Part shown: positions 10,224 through 19,478 of the stretch, piece after piece
How the letters are laid out: the number at the start of each line of letters is the position of its first letter
Numbering within the stretch: position 1 is the stretch's first letter
Assembly: GCA_016744705.1 (NCBI GenBank)
Contig: JADGDU010000005.1
Coordinates: forward strand, 3,762 to 67,761
Direction: 5' to 3'
Source: Candidatus Krumholzibacteriia bacterium
Lineage (GTDB): Bacteria > Krumholzibacteriota > Krumholzibacteriia > LZORAL124-64-63
Length of the DNA stretch: 64,000 bases
The notes under the pieces: model-generated
The model's database searches: none
What the model saw: the letters and a program-made list of their open reading frames with translations, nothing else
Told to the model about the DNA's origin: nothing
Position numbers and translations under genes: made by a program

Positions 10224-12080
10224 ATGAAGACTCTGAGGCAGAACAATTTTTTTCTTTTCCTGGCAGCTATGGTACTTCTTGGGGTGTCGGGCATGACTGT
10301 CCATTTGCACGCCACTGAATCCACTTCCACGCCATCGCGTTACATGGGGGGCCCCGTCGAACTGGTAACTGCACCAAACGGCGCGCGGGTGAATGCCGAA
10401 ATTCTTGAGGTCAGCAGCAAGATCAGCTATCTCGAACCAACTACGGAGAAGGTTGCCGCCGGGGTCTGGTGTATTGGCGGTTACTCCCTGGCAAATACAA
10501 CGGTGATTGAGGGTGATGACGGCTTGATCGTCTATGATACCGGTGACACAAAAGAAGAAGCCGAGCACATACGCAAGGCCATCGAAAAGATCAGCGACAA
10601 GCCGGTTAAAGTCATTATTTACAGCCACTCTCACTATGCCTTGGGCGCGGGCGCCTTGGTCGACAATCCAGAGGATGTGCTTATTATTGGCCATCCAAAA
10701 GTCAACGAAACGGTTGAAAGCAGTCTTCAGGGCGGAGGATCGCCATCCGCGATTCCGGAAGTCGGCCCGATAATGACAGCTCGCATAATGTCTCACTTCG
10801 GGTTGCTATTGCCTGACGAAGGGCCGGATGCCGGCGTGGCTCCCAAGCTTGATATGGGGAAACCCATTGCCTTTTTGCCGGCTACCAAGACCGTCGAAAA
10901 CGGCGAAGAACTCGAGGTGCTCGGGATTAAGCTACAGTTTTTCACGGAATACATGTCCGATGATTACAACCTGACGGTCTGGGTGCCGGAGAAAAAGGCT
11001 GTGCTGAATAACTTCTTGTGGCCCGGCACCCCCAATCTCTATACCCTTCGTGGCGGTGTATATCGGTCTCCTTTGATATGGCGCGATGGATTGAAGGTGA
11101 TGCGGGATCTGCAGCCTGAGATTCTTCTCAATACTCACGCACGTGCGGTTGTAGGCGAAGACAAAGTAACGGAAATATTAACCACCTACATGGATATGAT
11201 CACCCTTACCTACGATCAAACCTTGCGAGGGATTATGCGGGGTATGGGACCTGACGAGTTGCGCCATTTTGTAAAAATTCCGTCCTCTCTTAGTGAAATA
11301 CCTGAGAACTTTCAGGGATATGGGGAATCCGTTCATTTCCCGGAAGCCATCTATCAGTACGTGATTGGCTGGTTTGACTGGGACGGCACCAAGCTATTTA
11401 AAATTGCCCCTGAAGATGCGGCCTTGCGCACGGTGGAACTGATGGGCGGAAGAGAAAAGGTAATTGAGGCAACCCGGCTGGCATTCGAAAAAGAAGAATT
11501 TGCCTGGGCCGCGGAGCTTATTCAGTACGCCTACCTGTTGGACCCCATGGCTAAAGATGTGCGACAGCTAAAAGCCGATATATTGCGGCAACTGGGTTAT
11601 CGTACAACCGGCTCTATTGCCAGGGGCTTTCTTTTGTCCGAAGCCCTCGCGCTTGAAGGGAAAATCGAGTCCCCGCTAACCATTATGCCCAGTCCCGAGA
11701 TTGTCGCAGGCTCCCCGGCGGCCTTCGTGGATTATTATCGCATCAGGATCGATCCCGAAAAGAGCAAAGACACCGACACGGTTTTGGAGTTCGTATTTAG
11801 TGATCAGAAAGACCAATCGGTTGCCCTGCACATCAGAGGAGGCGTCGCCGAATTCGTTCCCGAACCTTCAAATTATCTGAAAAAGTCCGATTATATCCTA
11901 CAACTGGATAGAACAACGTGGGCATCGGTCTATTTGGGAACCGCGGATATGGCGGAAGAAATCCAGTCGCAAAAGGTGGAAGTAACGAAAGGCGATGAAA
12001 CAGAATTGGTCGCACTGTTTGAACTCTTCGATAAGTTCAACCCGGCCTCGAATTTCAAAATACTGCCGTTGGTTGAATAA
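10224..12080 (+). CDS. Alkyl/aryl-sulfatase-like protein (SdsA/BDS1 family, MBL fold plus dimerisation and SCP2-like domains), secreted
   Basis: GYSLANTTVIEGDDGLIVYDTG, PNLYTLRG, IGWFDWD, VELMGG. AGGAG RBS precedes GTG/ATG at 10221/10224. Metal motif is atypical. Confidence 0.8.
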   Translation: MKTLRQNNFFLFLAAMVLLGVSGMTVHLHATESTSTPSRYMGGPVELVTAPNGARVNAEILEVSSKISYLEPTTEKVAAGVWCIGGYSLANTTVIEGDDGLIVYDTGDTKEEAEHIRKAIEKISDKPVKVIIYSHSHYALGAGALVDNPEDVLIIGHPKVNETVESSLQGGGSPSAIPEVGPIMTARIMSHFGLLLPDEGPDAGVAPKLDMGKPIAFLPATKTVENGEELEVLGIKLQFFTEYMSDDYNLTVWVPEKKAVLNNFLWPGTPNLYTLRGGVYRSPLIWRDGLKVMRDLQPEILLNTHARAVVGEDKVTEILTTYMDMITLTYDQTLRGIMRGMGPDELRHFVKIPSSLSEIPENFQGYGESVHFPEAIYQYVIGWFDWDGTKLFKIAPEDAALRTVELMGGREKVIEATRLAFEKEEFAWAAELIQYAYLLDPMAKDVRQLKADILRQLGYRTTGSIARGFLLSEALALEGKIESPLTIMPSPEIVAGSPAAFVDYYRIRIDPEKSKDTDTVLEFVFSDQKDQSVALHIRGGVAEFVPEPSNYLKKSDYILQLDRTTWASVYLGTADMAEEIQSQKVEVTKGDETELVALFELFDKFNPASNFKILPLVE

Positions 12081-12183
12081 GAATCGGCCTTTAAATCTGA
12101 GGCTTAGCGAATAGACGGACCGGAAGAAGTGTTTCAATACTACAAGTAGATAAATTGTTAACAAAACCTGAAGGATACCAATT

Positions 12184-13011
12184 GTGAAAAAACGAACTCT
12201 GCTTTACATGGCCATGATAACTTTGTTTTCCATGTCTGTCGCATATGCGGAAGATGTGCCAACACAATCCGATGCTGACCTTGCGCAGGAACTTACCAAT
12301 CCCGTGGCCGATCTCGTCACGGTTCCAATCCAGATGACTATGGATCCGAAGGTTGGACTCTTGGGCGATGGCAGGAAAACACAAACCAATATTCAGCCGG
12401 TCATCCCGTTTGATCTCTCCGAGAATTGGAACATCATCACTCGTACCATTATTCCGGTTATCAATCAGAAGGATATTTTTTCCGGATCAGGCTCTCAGAC
12501 GGGACTGGGAGATATCAGTATGAGCCTTTTTATTGCTCCGAAAGATTCGGGAAAATGGGTTTGGGGCGCAGGCCCTATTGTATTGATGCCGTCGGCGACA
12601 AATGAACTCCTGGGGGGCAAAAAATGGGGCGCAGGCCCCGCGGCGATTCTTCTGAGGATGCAGGGCCCATTCACGTACGGAGGGTTGACTAACCATGTCT
12701 GGTCTTTTGCCGGAGATAGTGAACGCTCCGACATCAGTAATACGTTTGTTCAACCGTTTGTAGCCTATACCACATCCAGTGCGTGGACAGCTTCTCTTCA
12801 GTCTGAAACAACCTATAACTGGGAGGCTGAGCAATGGGCTGTTCCGGTGAACCTGGCCATAGCCAAACTGGTTTATCTTGGAAAGCTCCCTGTGAGCCTG
12901 CAGGCCGGTGCTGGCTATTGGTTGACCGCGGCCGATTCGGCGGCTGAAGGTTGGCGCTTCCGATTACAGGCCAACTTTGTTTTCCCGAAATCAATGTTTA
13001 CCAGTTCGTAA
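12184..13011 (+). CDS. Putative outer-membrane beta-barrel protein of the family often found beside sulfatases
   Basis: Signal peptide; LAQELTNPVADL, NIQPVIPF, GLGDI, WGAGP twice; amphipathic strands. Confidence 0.7.
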   Translation: MKKRTLLYMAMITLFSMSVAYAEDVPTQSDADLAQELTNPVADLVTVPIQMTMDPKVGLLGDGRKTQTNIQPVIPFDLSENWNIITRTIIPVINQKDIFSGSGSQTGLGDISMSLFIAPKDSGKWVWGAGPIVLMPSATNELLGGKKWGAGPAAILLRMQGPFTYGGLTNHVWSFAGDSERSDISNTFVQPFVAYTTSSAWTASLQSETTYNWEAEQWAVPVNLAIAKLVYLGKLPVSLQAGAGYWLTAADSAAEGWRFRLQANFVFPKSMFTSS

Positions 13012-13030
13012 AATAAACAGTGGAGCAGTT

Positions 13031-13885
13031 ATGATACATCGACCATGGGCATCTCCCCATCTCCGTACGATCCTGACTGTTTGCAGTATCGTGATTCTTG
13101 CAATTTCATCTCTCCCCGGGAGGATCCAAGCTCAGGATCCTCTCGAGTTGGAGGGGGCTACGGGGCCCGTCAATAAGGAAGACTGGGGCCTCGCTATCAC
13201 GCCTTACGCCTGGTTTGCGGCCCAGGCCTCGGATGTGGACAATGCCACGCTCCGCCAGTCCTTCAACGATCTAGCTTCCATCACCAATATCGGCTTCCAG
13301 GCCCGCCTGCTCGCGCGATATAAATGGGTCACCTTCAATGCCGACTGGACCTACGCCGACCAGAGGTCCGGGGCCGGCATTGGTCGCACCAGCGTCGACA
13401 TCCAACTCAACCAACACATCCTGGATATGAAGGTGGGCGGCAAGGTTCACGACTCACGCACGTCGGCCCAAGACGGAGGGGTCGGGATTTGGGTCGCAGG
13501 CGGCGCTCGCTATTGGGATAACAACGTGGACCTCACCATTACTACCCAGCCGATCATCCCGAGCAACGACCCCAGCGTGGATACCGTTCAGACCGGACAA
13601 ACCTGGTGGGATCCTGTGCTGGGGCTCGCCTTCCACTGGCCGGTTACACCCAAAGTGAGCTTCGCAGTACGGGCCACAGGAGGCGGTCTCGGCATAGGCA
13701 ACGCCTCGACCTATATGTGGGACGCCGAGTTTACGGCACTATTCCAGCTATCCCGGCGATTCCTGCTGAGCGCTGGGTACCGATCCTTCAAGTACGATCG
13801 TAAGGACAGTGAAGGTGAGGAAGAAGTTCGGCAGAAGGTCACGGTGATGGGCCCGACCATCGGTCTTAGTTTTGGAATCTTTTGA
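13031..13885 (+). CDS. Putative outer-membrane beta-barrel protein
   Basis: ATG 13031 after GGAG; signal peptide; ITPYAW, GARYW, WWDPVLG, AGYR; terminal Phe. Confidence 0.7.
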   Translation: MIHRPWASPHLRTILTVCSIVILAISSLPGRIQAQDPLELEGATGPVNKEDWGLAITPYAWFAAQASDVDNATLRQSFNDLASITNIGFQARLLARYKWVTFNADWTYADQRSGAGIGRTSVDIQLNQHILDMKVGGKVHDSRTSAQDGGVGIWVAGGARYWDNNVDLTITTQPIIPSNDPSVDTVQTGQTWWDPVLGLAFHWPVTPKVSFAVRATGGGLGIGNASTYMWDAEFTALFQLSRRFLLSAGYRSFKYDRKDSEGEEEVRQKVTVMGPTIGLSFGIF

Positions 13886-14154
13886 TTTCATGTGTTGTGC
13901 CCTTGAAATTGTCGCTGGGCTCTGCCTTGCATTGGGCTGTGTATGCAGTACTCTCAAAAACTACCCAAAGGCAGGCAACCACCACACTGCCCAAATCCTA
14001 CTTACTCGATGGACTGTGCAAGGGGTTTTCCGGGAGCGGATCCTTTTAACCACATAAAGTTACCGGAGCGTTGGTCCTAATTTTTATGACCGAAAGGTGG
14101 TGACACGGCCTTTGCCTAAACAAAACAGGAGCGACATTTTCCTGGGCACAACCC

Positions 14155-14877
14155 TCAACCTGCACCTAATTTCACCAATTTCTTTTCCGTGGCTTTCTGC
14201 TCCAGAAGCGTTTGCATCACTAGAGAAATCATGCTCTCCTGGGATAAGCGGGTCGAGTTCAACACCAGATCGTAATTGTCATCCTGGCCCGGCTCCTGGT
14301 GAAAAACCTGCCGTACGAAATCTGTCCTTTTGGCATCAGTTTTTCTCACCAGCATGCGGGCTTCGGCTTTGCTCAATTCCAATCTGCTACGAAGTCTATC
14401 AATTCGGATACGCTCCGAAGCCACCACACGTACTCTCAAGTCTGCCTTTTCTCCCAGAATGAGATTGGCGCCCCGGCCCAGAAAAACGACACCACCACGG
14501 GCAGCCAAGCTGCTGACAATTCGCACCAGATCGCCATAATATTGATCTTTCAGAAAAATCCTTTGGCTGAAAACCCCTTTCACCCAAAGGCGAGTCTGGC
14601 TGATGGTGTTTTCGTCCAGATCAGCCACCAAGCTATCTTCCAGTTGGCGGTCTTTGACAATTTTCTGCACCATGGATTGGTCATGAAGATCCAGGCTGAG
14701 TTTGTTGGCCAGATCTTCAGCCAGAAACCGGCCTCCACTGCCAGCCATGCGGGAAATTGTGATGACCGGTTGGCGGGGAGAATGGGGGGGACTGGCAGAA
14801 TCGGGAATCAGATCCCGCAAACTATTCCAGTGATTAATTTGGCGCAGAATGAGTTTTTCAGTGACTGGCAGTGACAT
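14155..14877 (-). CDS. Cytidylate kinase-like family protein
   Basis: VITISRMAGSGG, VFLGRGAN, DNYDLVLNS. GGGAG RBS favours the start at 14877 over the ORF-track 14982. Confidence 0.88.
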   Translation of the reverse strand: MSLPVTEKLILRQINHWNSLRDLIPDSASPPHSPRQPVITISRMAGSGGRFLAEDLANKLSLDLHDQSMVQKIVKDRQLEDSLVADLDENTISQTRLWVKGVFSQRIFLKDQYYGDLVRIVSSLAARGGVVFLGRGANLILGEKADLRVRVVASERIRIDRLRSRLELSKAEARMLVRKTDAKRTDFVRQVFHQEPGQDDNYDLVLNSTRLSQESMISLVMQTLLEQKATEKKLVKLGAG

Positions 14878-15050
14878 GATCCAACTCCCTGGAAATTTCT
14901 CGGAAACGTCTTGCTGGGTTTCCGATGGCATGGGCACTTGGCAGTATGTCAATAAATTAACATTGATCCAGACCTGTGACAATGATTGCTATGGGAAATC
15001 TTTTCCCGAGTTTGTTGTGCAAATATCCCCGGAAGAGTTAAACTAGTTCC

Positions 15051-16199
15051 ATGAAAATTCTGCATATCGGCAAGTACTACCCTCCTTATCGGGGGGGAAT
15101 GGAAACAGTTCTGGAGAACCTGGTGGAAGGGCTTCTGGATGCCGATGTTTGTGTGAATACTTTGGTTTCAGGGCAGGATACTCAGGACCGAATTTCTACT
15201 GTCAAAGGGCCTCAGAGTGGCAAAACAGGCCAATTGGTCAGGGTCTCTCGTGCGGGTTTGTTCCAGTCCCAGCCGCTGAACACCACCTTGCTGTCTCAAC
15301 TGCGCAAACAACTTGAGTTATTCCAACCCGATCTGGCGCATCTGCATTTACCCAATCCCCTGGCGATTCTGGCCTGGTCTATCCTGGCCCGATGTTATGG
15401 TTCCCGCATGCCGGCATTGGCCGTCTGGTATCATGCAGATATCACGCGCCAGCGCCTGGGAGCCCGCCTTTTGAAGCCCCTGGTTCGCGGCCTTCTCAAT
15501 GAATGCGAAGGCATTTGTGTATCCACAGAATCCCTGGCCAGGAATTCCGAAATTCTGAGTGGTTTTCCCGAAAAAATTGAAGTCATTCCTTTTGGAATAT
15601 CGCCTGAACCCTGGACTAATATTGGACTCCGGCCGGGTGAGCGTTTTCTCTTTGTGGGGCGGTTGGTCCCGTATAAGGGATTGGAAGTTTTGATTGAGGC
15701 CATGGAAAAGGTACCTGGGGCCTTTCTGGATGTGGTGGGCAGCGGCCCTCTGGAAGATGCCCTTGAACATTCTATCCAGCAGAAAAATTTATCCTCCCGG
15801 ATCACTTTTCATGGGTCCTGCAGCCCTGAACAATTGGCCCAACTGATGGCGTGTGCCCGGGCCCTGGTATTGCCCAGCCTGGACCAAAGTGAAACCTTTG
15901 GATTGGTGCAGTTAGAGGCCATGGCTTCCGGTGTTCCCGTCATTGCCAGCGACTTGAAATCCGGAGTATCAGATGTGGGGGTAGCCGGTGAAACCTGCTT
16001 GCTGGTGCCGCCCGGTGATCCGGTGTCCTTGGCCCATGCCTTACATAACATCCAAAATGACGAAAACCTTGCCAGTCAGTTGGGCCGTGCTTCTCGGCAG
16101 CGATTCAACCAAGCCTACACCCGAGAGATCATGGTTGGCAAAGCTCTGACCTGGTACCGGAAACTGTTGAGCCCCGGTTATCCGAAAGGCCCCTCATGA
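15051..16199 (+). CDS. Glycosyltransferase family 4 (WfcD-like)
   Basis: KILHIGKYYPPYRGGME, HLHLPNP, FVGRLVPYKG, ETFGLVQLEAMASG. Confidence 0.92.
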   Translation: MKILHIGKYYPPYRGGMETVLENLVEGLLDADVCVNTLVSGQDTQDRISTVKGPQSGKTGQLVRVSRAGLFQSQPLNTTLLSQLRKQLELFQPDLAHLHLPNPLAILAWSILARCYGSRMPALAVWYHADITRQRLGARLLKPLVRGLLNECEGICVSTESLARNSEILSGFPEKIEVIPFGISPEPWTNIGLRPGERFLFVGRLVPYKGLEVLIEAMEKVPGAFLDVVGSGPLEDALEHSIQQKNLSSRITFHGSCSPEQLAQLMACARALVLPSLDQSETFGLVQLEAMASGVPVIASDLKSGVSDVGVAGETCLLVPPGDPVSLAHALHNIQNDENLASQLGRASRQRFNQAYTREIMVGKALTWYRKLLSPGYPKGPS

Positions 16200-16996
16200 A
16201 TTTTTCATTTGTCGATCCCTGGCACCTCTTTTTACCTCGTGACGGTGGGCATGTGGTAGCCCTGAGTGGCTCAGGAGGAAAGACCAGCCTGTTGCAGGTT
16301 TTTGCAGCCCAGTTGGTCAGCGAAGATGTGAAAGCCATATTCACCTGCACCACCCGGACCGAAGCCTTGCCAGGTTTTCCCGTTTACGATTTGGCGGATG
16401 TGGAAGCCTCGGACCCCGAACATTTACCCGCCCATTTTTATGTACGAGACAGCATCACAAAGGATGAAAAGTGGTTGGGTGTGGAAGCAGATGATGTGGA
16501 CCGATTGTCCTCAAAATTTTCCGACCGGGTTATTGTAGTGGAAGTGGATGGTTCGGCCTGCCTGCCCCTGAAGTTTTACCAACCAGAGGAACCCGTATGG
16601 CCTCGTCTGACCTCTCTGGCCGTCGTGGTTATGGGTACTTCTGCAGTGGGTGAAGCTGCCGGTGATGTTGTTCACCGTTTTGACAGACAAGAATTTCCTC
16701 CCTTGAAAGAATTGAAAGCCCATGACGTGTGGCAGTGGGATCATTCTTATACTCTGCTGACCGCCCCAGGCGGGTATTTGGAACAAGTGCCTGCAGATAT
16801 ACCCGTGGTCCTGGCCATGACCAGTTTGGCCCAGCAGGATGATAGCATTGGGATGTTTGAGTTTGTGGGCAAAGTCATGGAAAATGATCGAATGCCCTTG
16901 GTGGTTTTCTGTGAAACGACCGGTGAAAATCCTTCTTTTCGAACGTCATGCCGGCGGGATGAAGATGATGAACATCCTGTGGGAACGGAAGAATGA
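16196..16996 (+). CDS. yqeC: Selenium-dependent hydroxylase accessory protein YqeC
   Basis: GSGGKTSL, TCTTR, VEVDGS..LPLK, EPVWP; context with mocA/xdhC/yqeB. Confidence 0.8.
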   Translation: MNFSFVDPWHLFLPRDGGHVVALSGSGGKTSLLQVFAAQLVSEDVKAIFTCTTRTEALPGFPVYDLADVEASDPEHLPAHFYVRDSITKDEKWLGVEADDVDRLSSKFSDRVIVVEVDGSACLPLKFYQPEEPVWPRLTSLAVVVMGTSAVGEAAGDVVHRFDRQEFPPLKELKAHDVWQWDHSYTLLTAPGGYLEQVPADIPVVLAMTSLAQQDDSIGMFEFVGKVMENDRMPLVVFCETTGENPSFRTSCRRDEDDEHPVGTEE

Positions 16997-17634
16997 ATCC
17001 AGTGAGCAAACAGTTGGCTGTGATCATGGCCCGGGGTGCAAGCCAGCGCATGGGGCAGCCCAAAGGGTTGTGCCGGTTGCCAGATCAGGATGATTGTTTT
17101 CTCACCCAGGTCGTGCGTTTGTACCGTGGCTTGGAAATTCCCGTACTCTTGGTTTTACGCCCTGAAGATGAAGCTGCTTACAGTGAAATTGTCCGCCATG
17201 AGGATGTTGAAATACTGGCCGCCGCTGGTGGTGGGGACACAGCCCAAACCATGAAGTTGGCCCTGGAGTGGGCCCAGGCCAAGGGGCTGACGCCGGATAT
17301 ATATTGGGCTCATCCGGTGGATATGCCTTTGGTGAGCGCCCAATCAATTTCCCTGCTGTTGGCAACTGCTGCCAAAAACGATATGGCAGCCTGGCGGCCT
17401 GAATTCCACCAGCAGCCTGGACATCCGGTTCTGTTTCCAGGGCCCCTGTTGGCTTTGGTTCTGACCGATGAAAATATTGAAACGTCCATGTCCAGAATTT
17501 GGAAAAAGGCCATGGCTCAATCTCTCGTTTTACCGATAAATTTATTGAAGGTGGCCGATCCCGGTGTTATTGCCGATTTTGATACACCTGATCAATTGCG
17601 TTTGACCTCCGAAAAGAAAGCCCCAGAATCATGA
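16993..17634 (+). CDS. MocA-like molybdenum cofactor nucleotidyltransferase
   Basis: MARGASQRMGQPK, PVDMPLV, GHPVLF, DFDTP. Confidence 0.78.
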   Translation: MNPVSKQLAVIMARGASQRMGQPKGLCRLPDQDDCFLTQVVRLYRGLEIPVLLVLRPEDEAAYSEIVRHEDVEILAAAGGGDTAQTMKLALEWAQAKGLTPDIYWAHPVDMPLVSAQSISLLLATAAKNDMAAWRPEFHQQPGHPVLFPGPLLALVLTDENIETSMSRIWKKAMAQSLVLPINLLKVADPGVIADFDTPDQLRLTSEKKAPES

Positions 17635-18509
17635 GCCAGAAAAAACAACCCATCACCGATCGTGACATCTACGAAACCCTGGCCCGGATGACCGCAGCCA
17701 ATGAAGAGGGTGTTCTGGTCACGGTGGTGCACACGCGCCTGTCCACGCCTCGTCATGAAGGCAGTAAAATGGTGGTTCATGCCAATGGCAGCATCACTGG
17801 TAGCGTGGGCGGAGGGCGTAGTGAAGCCAAAGTCATCGAAGAGGCCGCTAAAGTTTTTGGCGACCGGCAATGCCGCACACTTGAATTGGACCTGGCTAAA
17901 GGTTTGGGTGTTTGTGGTGGCAATATGAAAGTATTTCTGGAGCCGGTTCTGCGTTCGGCACCCTTCATTATTATTGGTGCTGGGCATGTGGGCCGGGCCG
18001 TGGTTGAAGTGGGCCAAACCTTGCCTTTCCATTTTATTCTGGTGGATGACCGTCCCGAATTTCTCGAACCCTGGCAGGATAATCCTGGGGTTAAAACCAT
18101 TTTGGCCGGCCCGGCAGACATTTGCGAAAAATTATCCGTGCCCGGCCATGGGGCCTTACTTTTGGCCAGCCGGAACCATAAATTGGATCGGGCCTACCTT
18201 GAGGCGTCCTTGAGAGCCGAAATGGAATCAGGCAAAACCTTTCCCTTTTTAGGTGTGTTGGGCAGCCAATCCAAAGCCGAGATCATCTACAATGAAATCT
18301 GCGCCAAGGGAGATGATTTTGCCCAACGAATGACTACTGTGCAAATGCCGGTAGGGTTGGATGTGGGGGCAGAAACCCCTGCAGAAATAGCCCTGAGTGT
18401 CTTCGCCGAAGCCCAGGCGGTGCTGCGGGGGGTAGAGCTTTTGCGCAACGAAGAGGGCACCATTGTGGGCGTCCCCTTGCACCGAACCCGTAAACCAAAA
18501 TTGAGTTAA
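17631..18509 (+). CDS. xdhC: XdhC/CoxI family molybdenum-hydroxylase maturation factor
   Basis: STPRHEGSKM, GSVGGG, CGG, GAGHVG, DDRPEF, PVGLDVGAETPAEIALS. Confidence 0.9.
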   Translation: MSQKKQPITDRDIYETLARMTAANEEGVLVTVVHTRLSTPRHEGSKMVVHANGSITGSVGGGRSEAKVIEEAAKVFGDRQCRTLELDLAKGLGVCGGNMKVFLEPVLRSAPFIIIGAGHVGRAVVEVGQTLPFHFILVDDRPEFLEPWQDNPGVKTILAGPADICEKLSVPGHGALLLASRNHKLDRAYLEASLRAEMESGKTFPFLGVLGSQSKAEIIYNEICAKGDDFAQRMTTVQMPVGLDVGAETPAEIALSVFAEAQAVLRGVELLRNEEGTIVGVPLHRTRKPKLS

Positions 18510-18527
18510 GAAACAAAGGCGAAAGAG

Positions 18528-19328
18528 ATGAGAAATTCTGGAGTGATTTGGATCCAGGGTGCCGGTGAACTGGCCTCGGGTGTGGGAATGCGACTGGCCC
18601 GATGTGGGTATTGCATTGTGATGGCTGAAATAGAAAACCCTGTGGCTGTGAGGCGTCTGGTTGCGTTCAGTGAAGCGGTTTATACGGGCACAGCTAATGT
18701 TGAAGGTGTGCCGGGAGTTCTGGTGGATAAACTGGATTTCCAGTTGCATCATGGCAAGGTTCAGGTCCTTGTGGATCCGCAGGGTGAGCATTTGAAAGCT
18801 GCCGGGGCTGCGGCAGTCATTGACGGCCGCATGACCAAGAAAGCACCGCAACCATTGCCATTCTCCGGCGAACTCTCCATAGGCCTGGGGCCTGGTTTCC
18901 AGTGTGGGAGGGACGCCGATATAATCATCGAAACCCACCGTGGGGCTCGCCTGGGTGAAGTCATCCGTCAGGGTGAAGCGGCCTCCAACACCGGTACTCC
19001 AGGGGTTGTAGGTGGCCAATCGGCCAAGCGAGTGGTTTATGCTACTGCCGCCGGAAAACTGGTTTCAGAACTGAGCATTGGCGATTTGGTGGAAGAGGGC
19101 CAAATGCTAGGATCAGTGGGCGGCGAGGCTATTTACGCCCGCTTGACAGGTAAAGTGCGCGGTCTGGTCCATCCACAAGCGGAACTTTCAGACGGGGAAA
19201 AGGTTGGAGATATCGATCCCCGTGGTGCGCAGGTCAATCCCGCCCTGGTCACGGACAAAGCTCTGGCCATTGGTGGTGGCATTTTGGAGGCTTTGCTGGG
19301 ATCGGGAGTTCTTCCGGTTTCCGACTGA
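18528..19328 (+). CDS. yqeB: Selenium-dependent molybdenum hydroxylase system protein YqeB
   Basis: GAGELASG, AVRRLVAFSEAVY, IGLGPGF, IETHRG, KVGDIDPRG, DKALAIGGG. Confidence 0.92.
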   Translation: MRNSGVIWIQGAGELASGVGMRLARCGYCIVMAEIENPVAVRRLVAFSEAVYTGTANVEGVPGVLVDKLDFQLHHGKVQVLVDPQGEHLKAAGAAAVIDGRMTKKAPQPLPFSGELSIGLGPGFQCGRDADIIIETHRGARLGEVIRQGEAASNTGTPGVVGGQSAKRVVYATAAGKLVSELSIGDLVEEGQMLGSVGGEAIYARLTGKVRGLVHPQAELSDGEKVGDIDPRGAQVNPALVTDKALAIGGGILEALLGSGVLPVSD

Positions 19329-19344
19329 TGATATCAGCCCTTCA

Positions 19345-19374
19345 TTGACAAACATGGGGGGAAGCGGTTACTCT
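19345..19374 (+). promoter_or_regulatory. Sigma70-type promoter upstream of the TPR gene
   Basis: TTGACA-N18-TACTCT. Confidence 0.45.
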
Positions 19375-19478
19375 TAGTGAAGTCCCACCCGCTTTGGGAC
19401 ATTTCTGTGTAAAAAACAGGGGATCACCCCCTGAATTAAGGCTTACGGCCTTTTTAATCCCCTTGGGAGGTCCAATTC

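Noticed and set aside
13915-13931. Sigma54-like TGG-N10-GC spacing
   Set aside because: Poor -24 match and no plus-strand gene downstream.
16196-19331. Selenocysteine read-through of TGA stops in the yqeBC operon
   Set aside because: The TGA codons fall at the expected protein ends or in ATGA overlaps, and no SECIS-like hairpin was evident.
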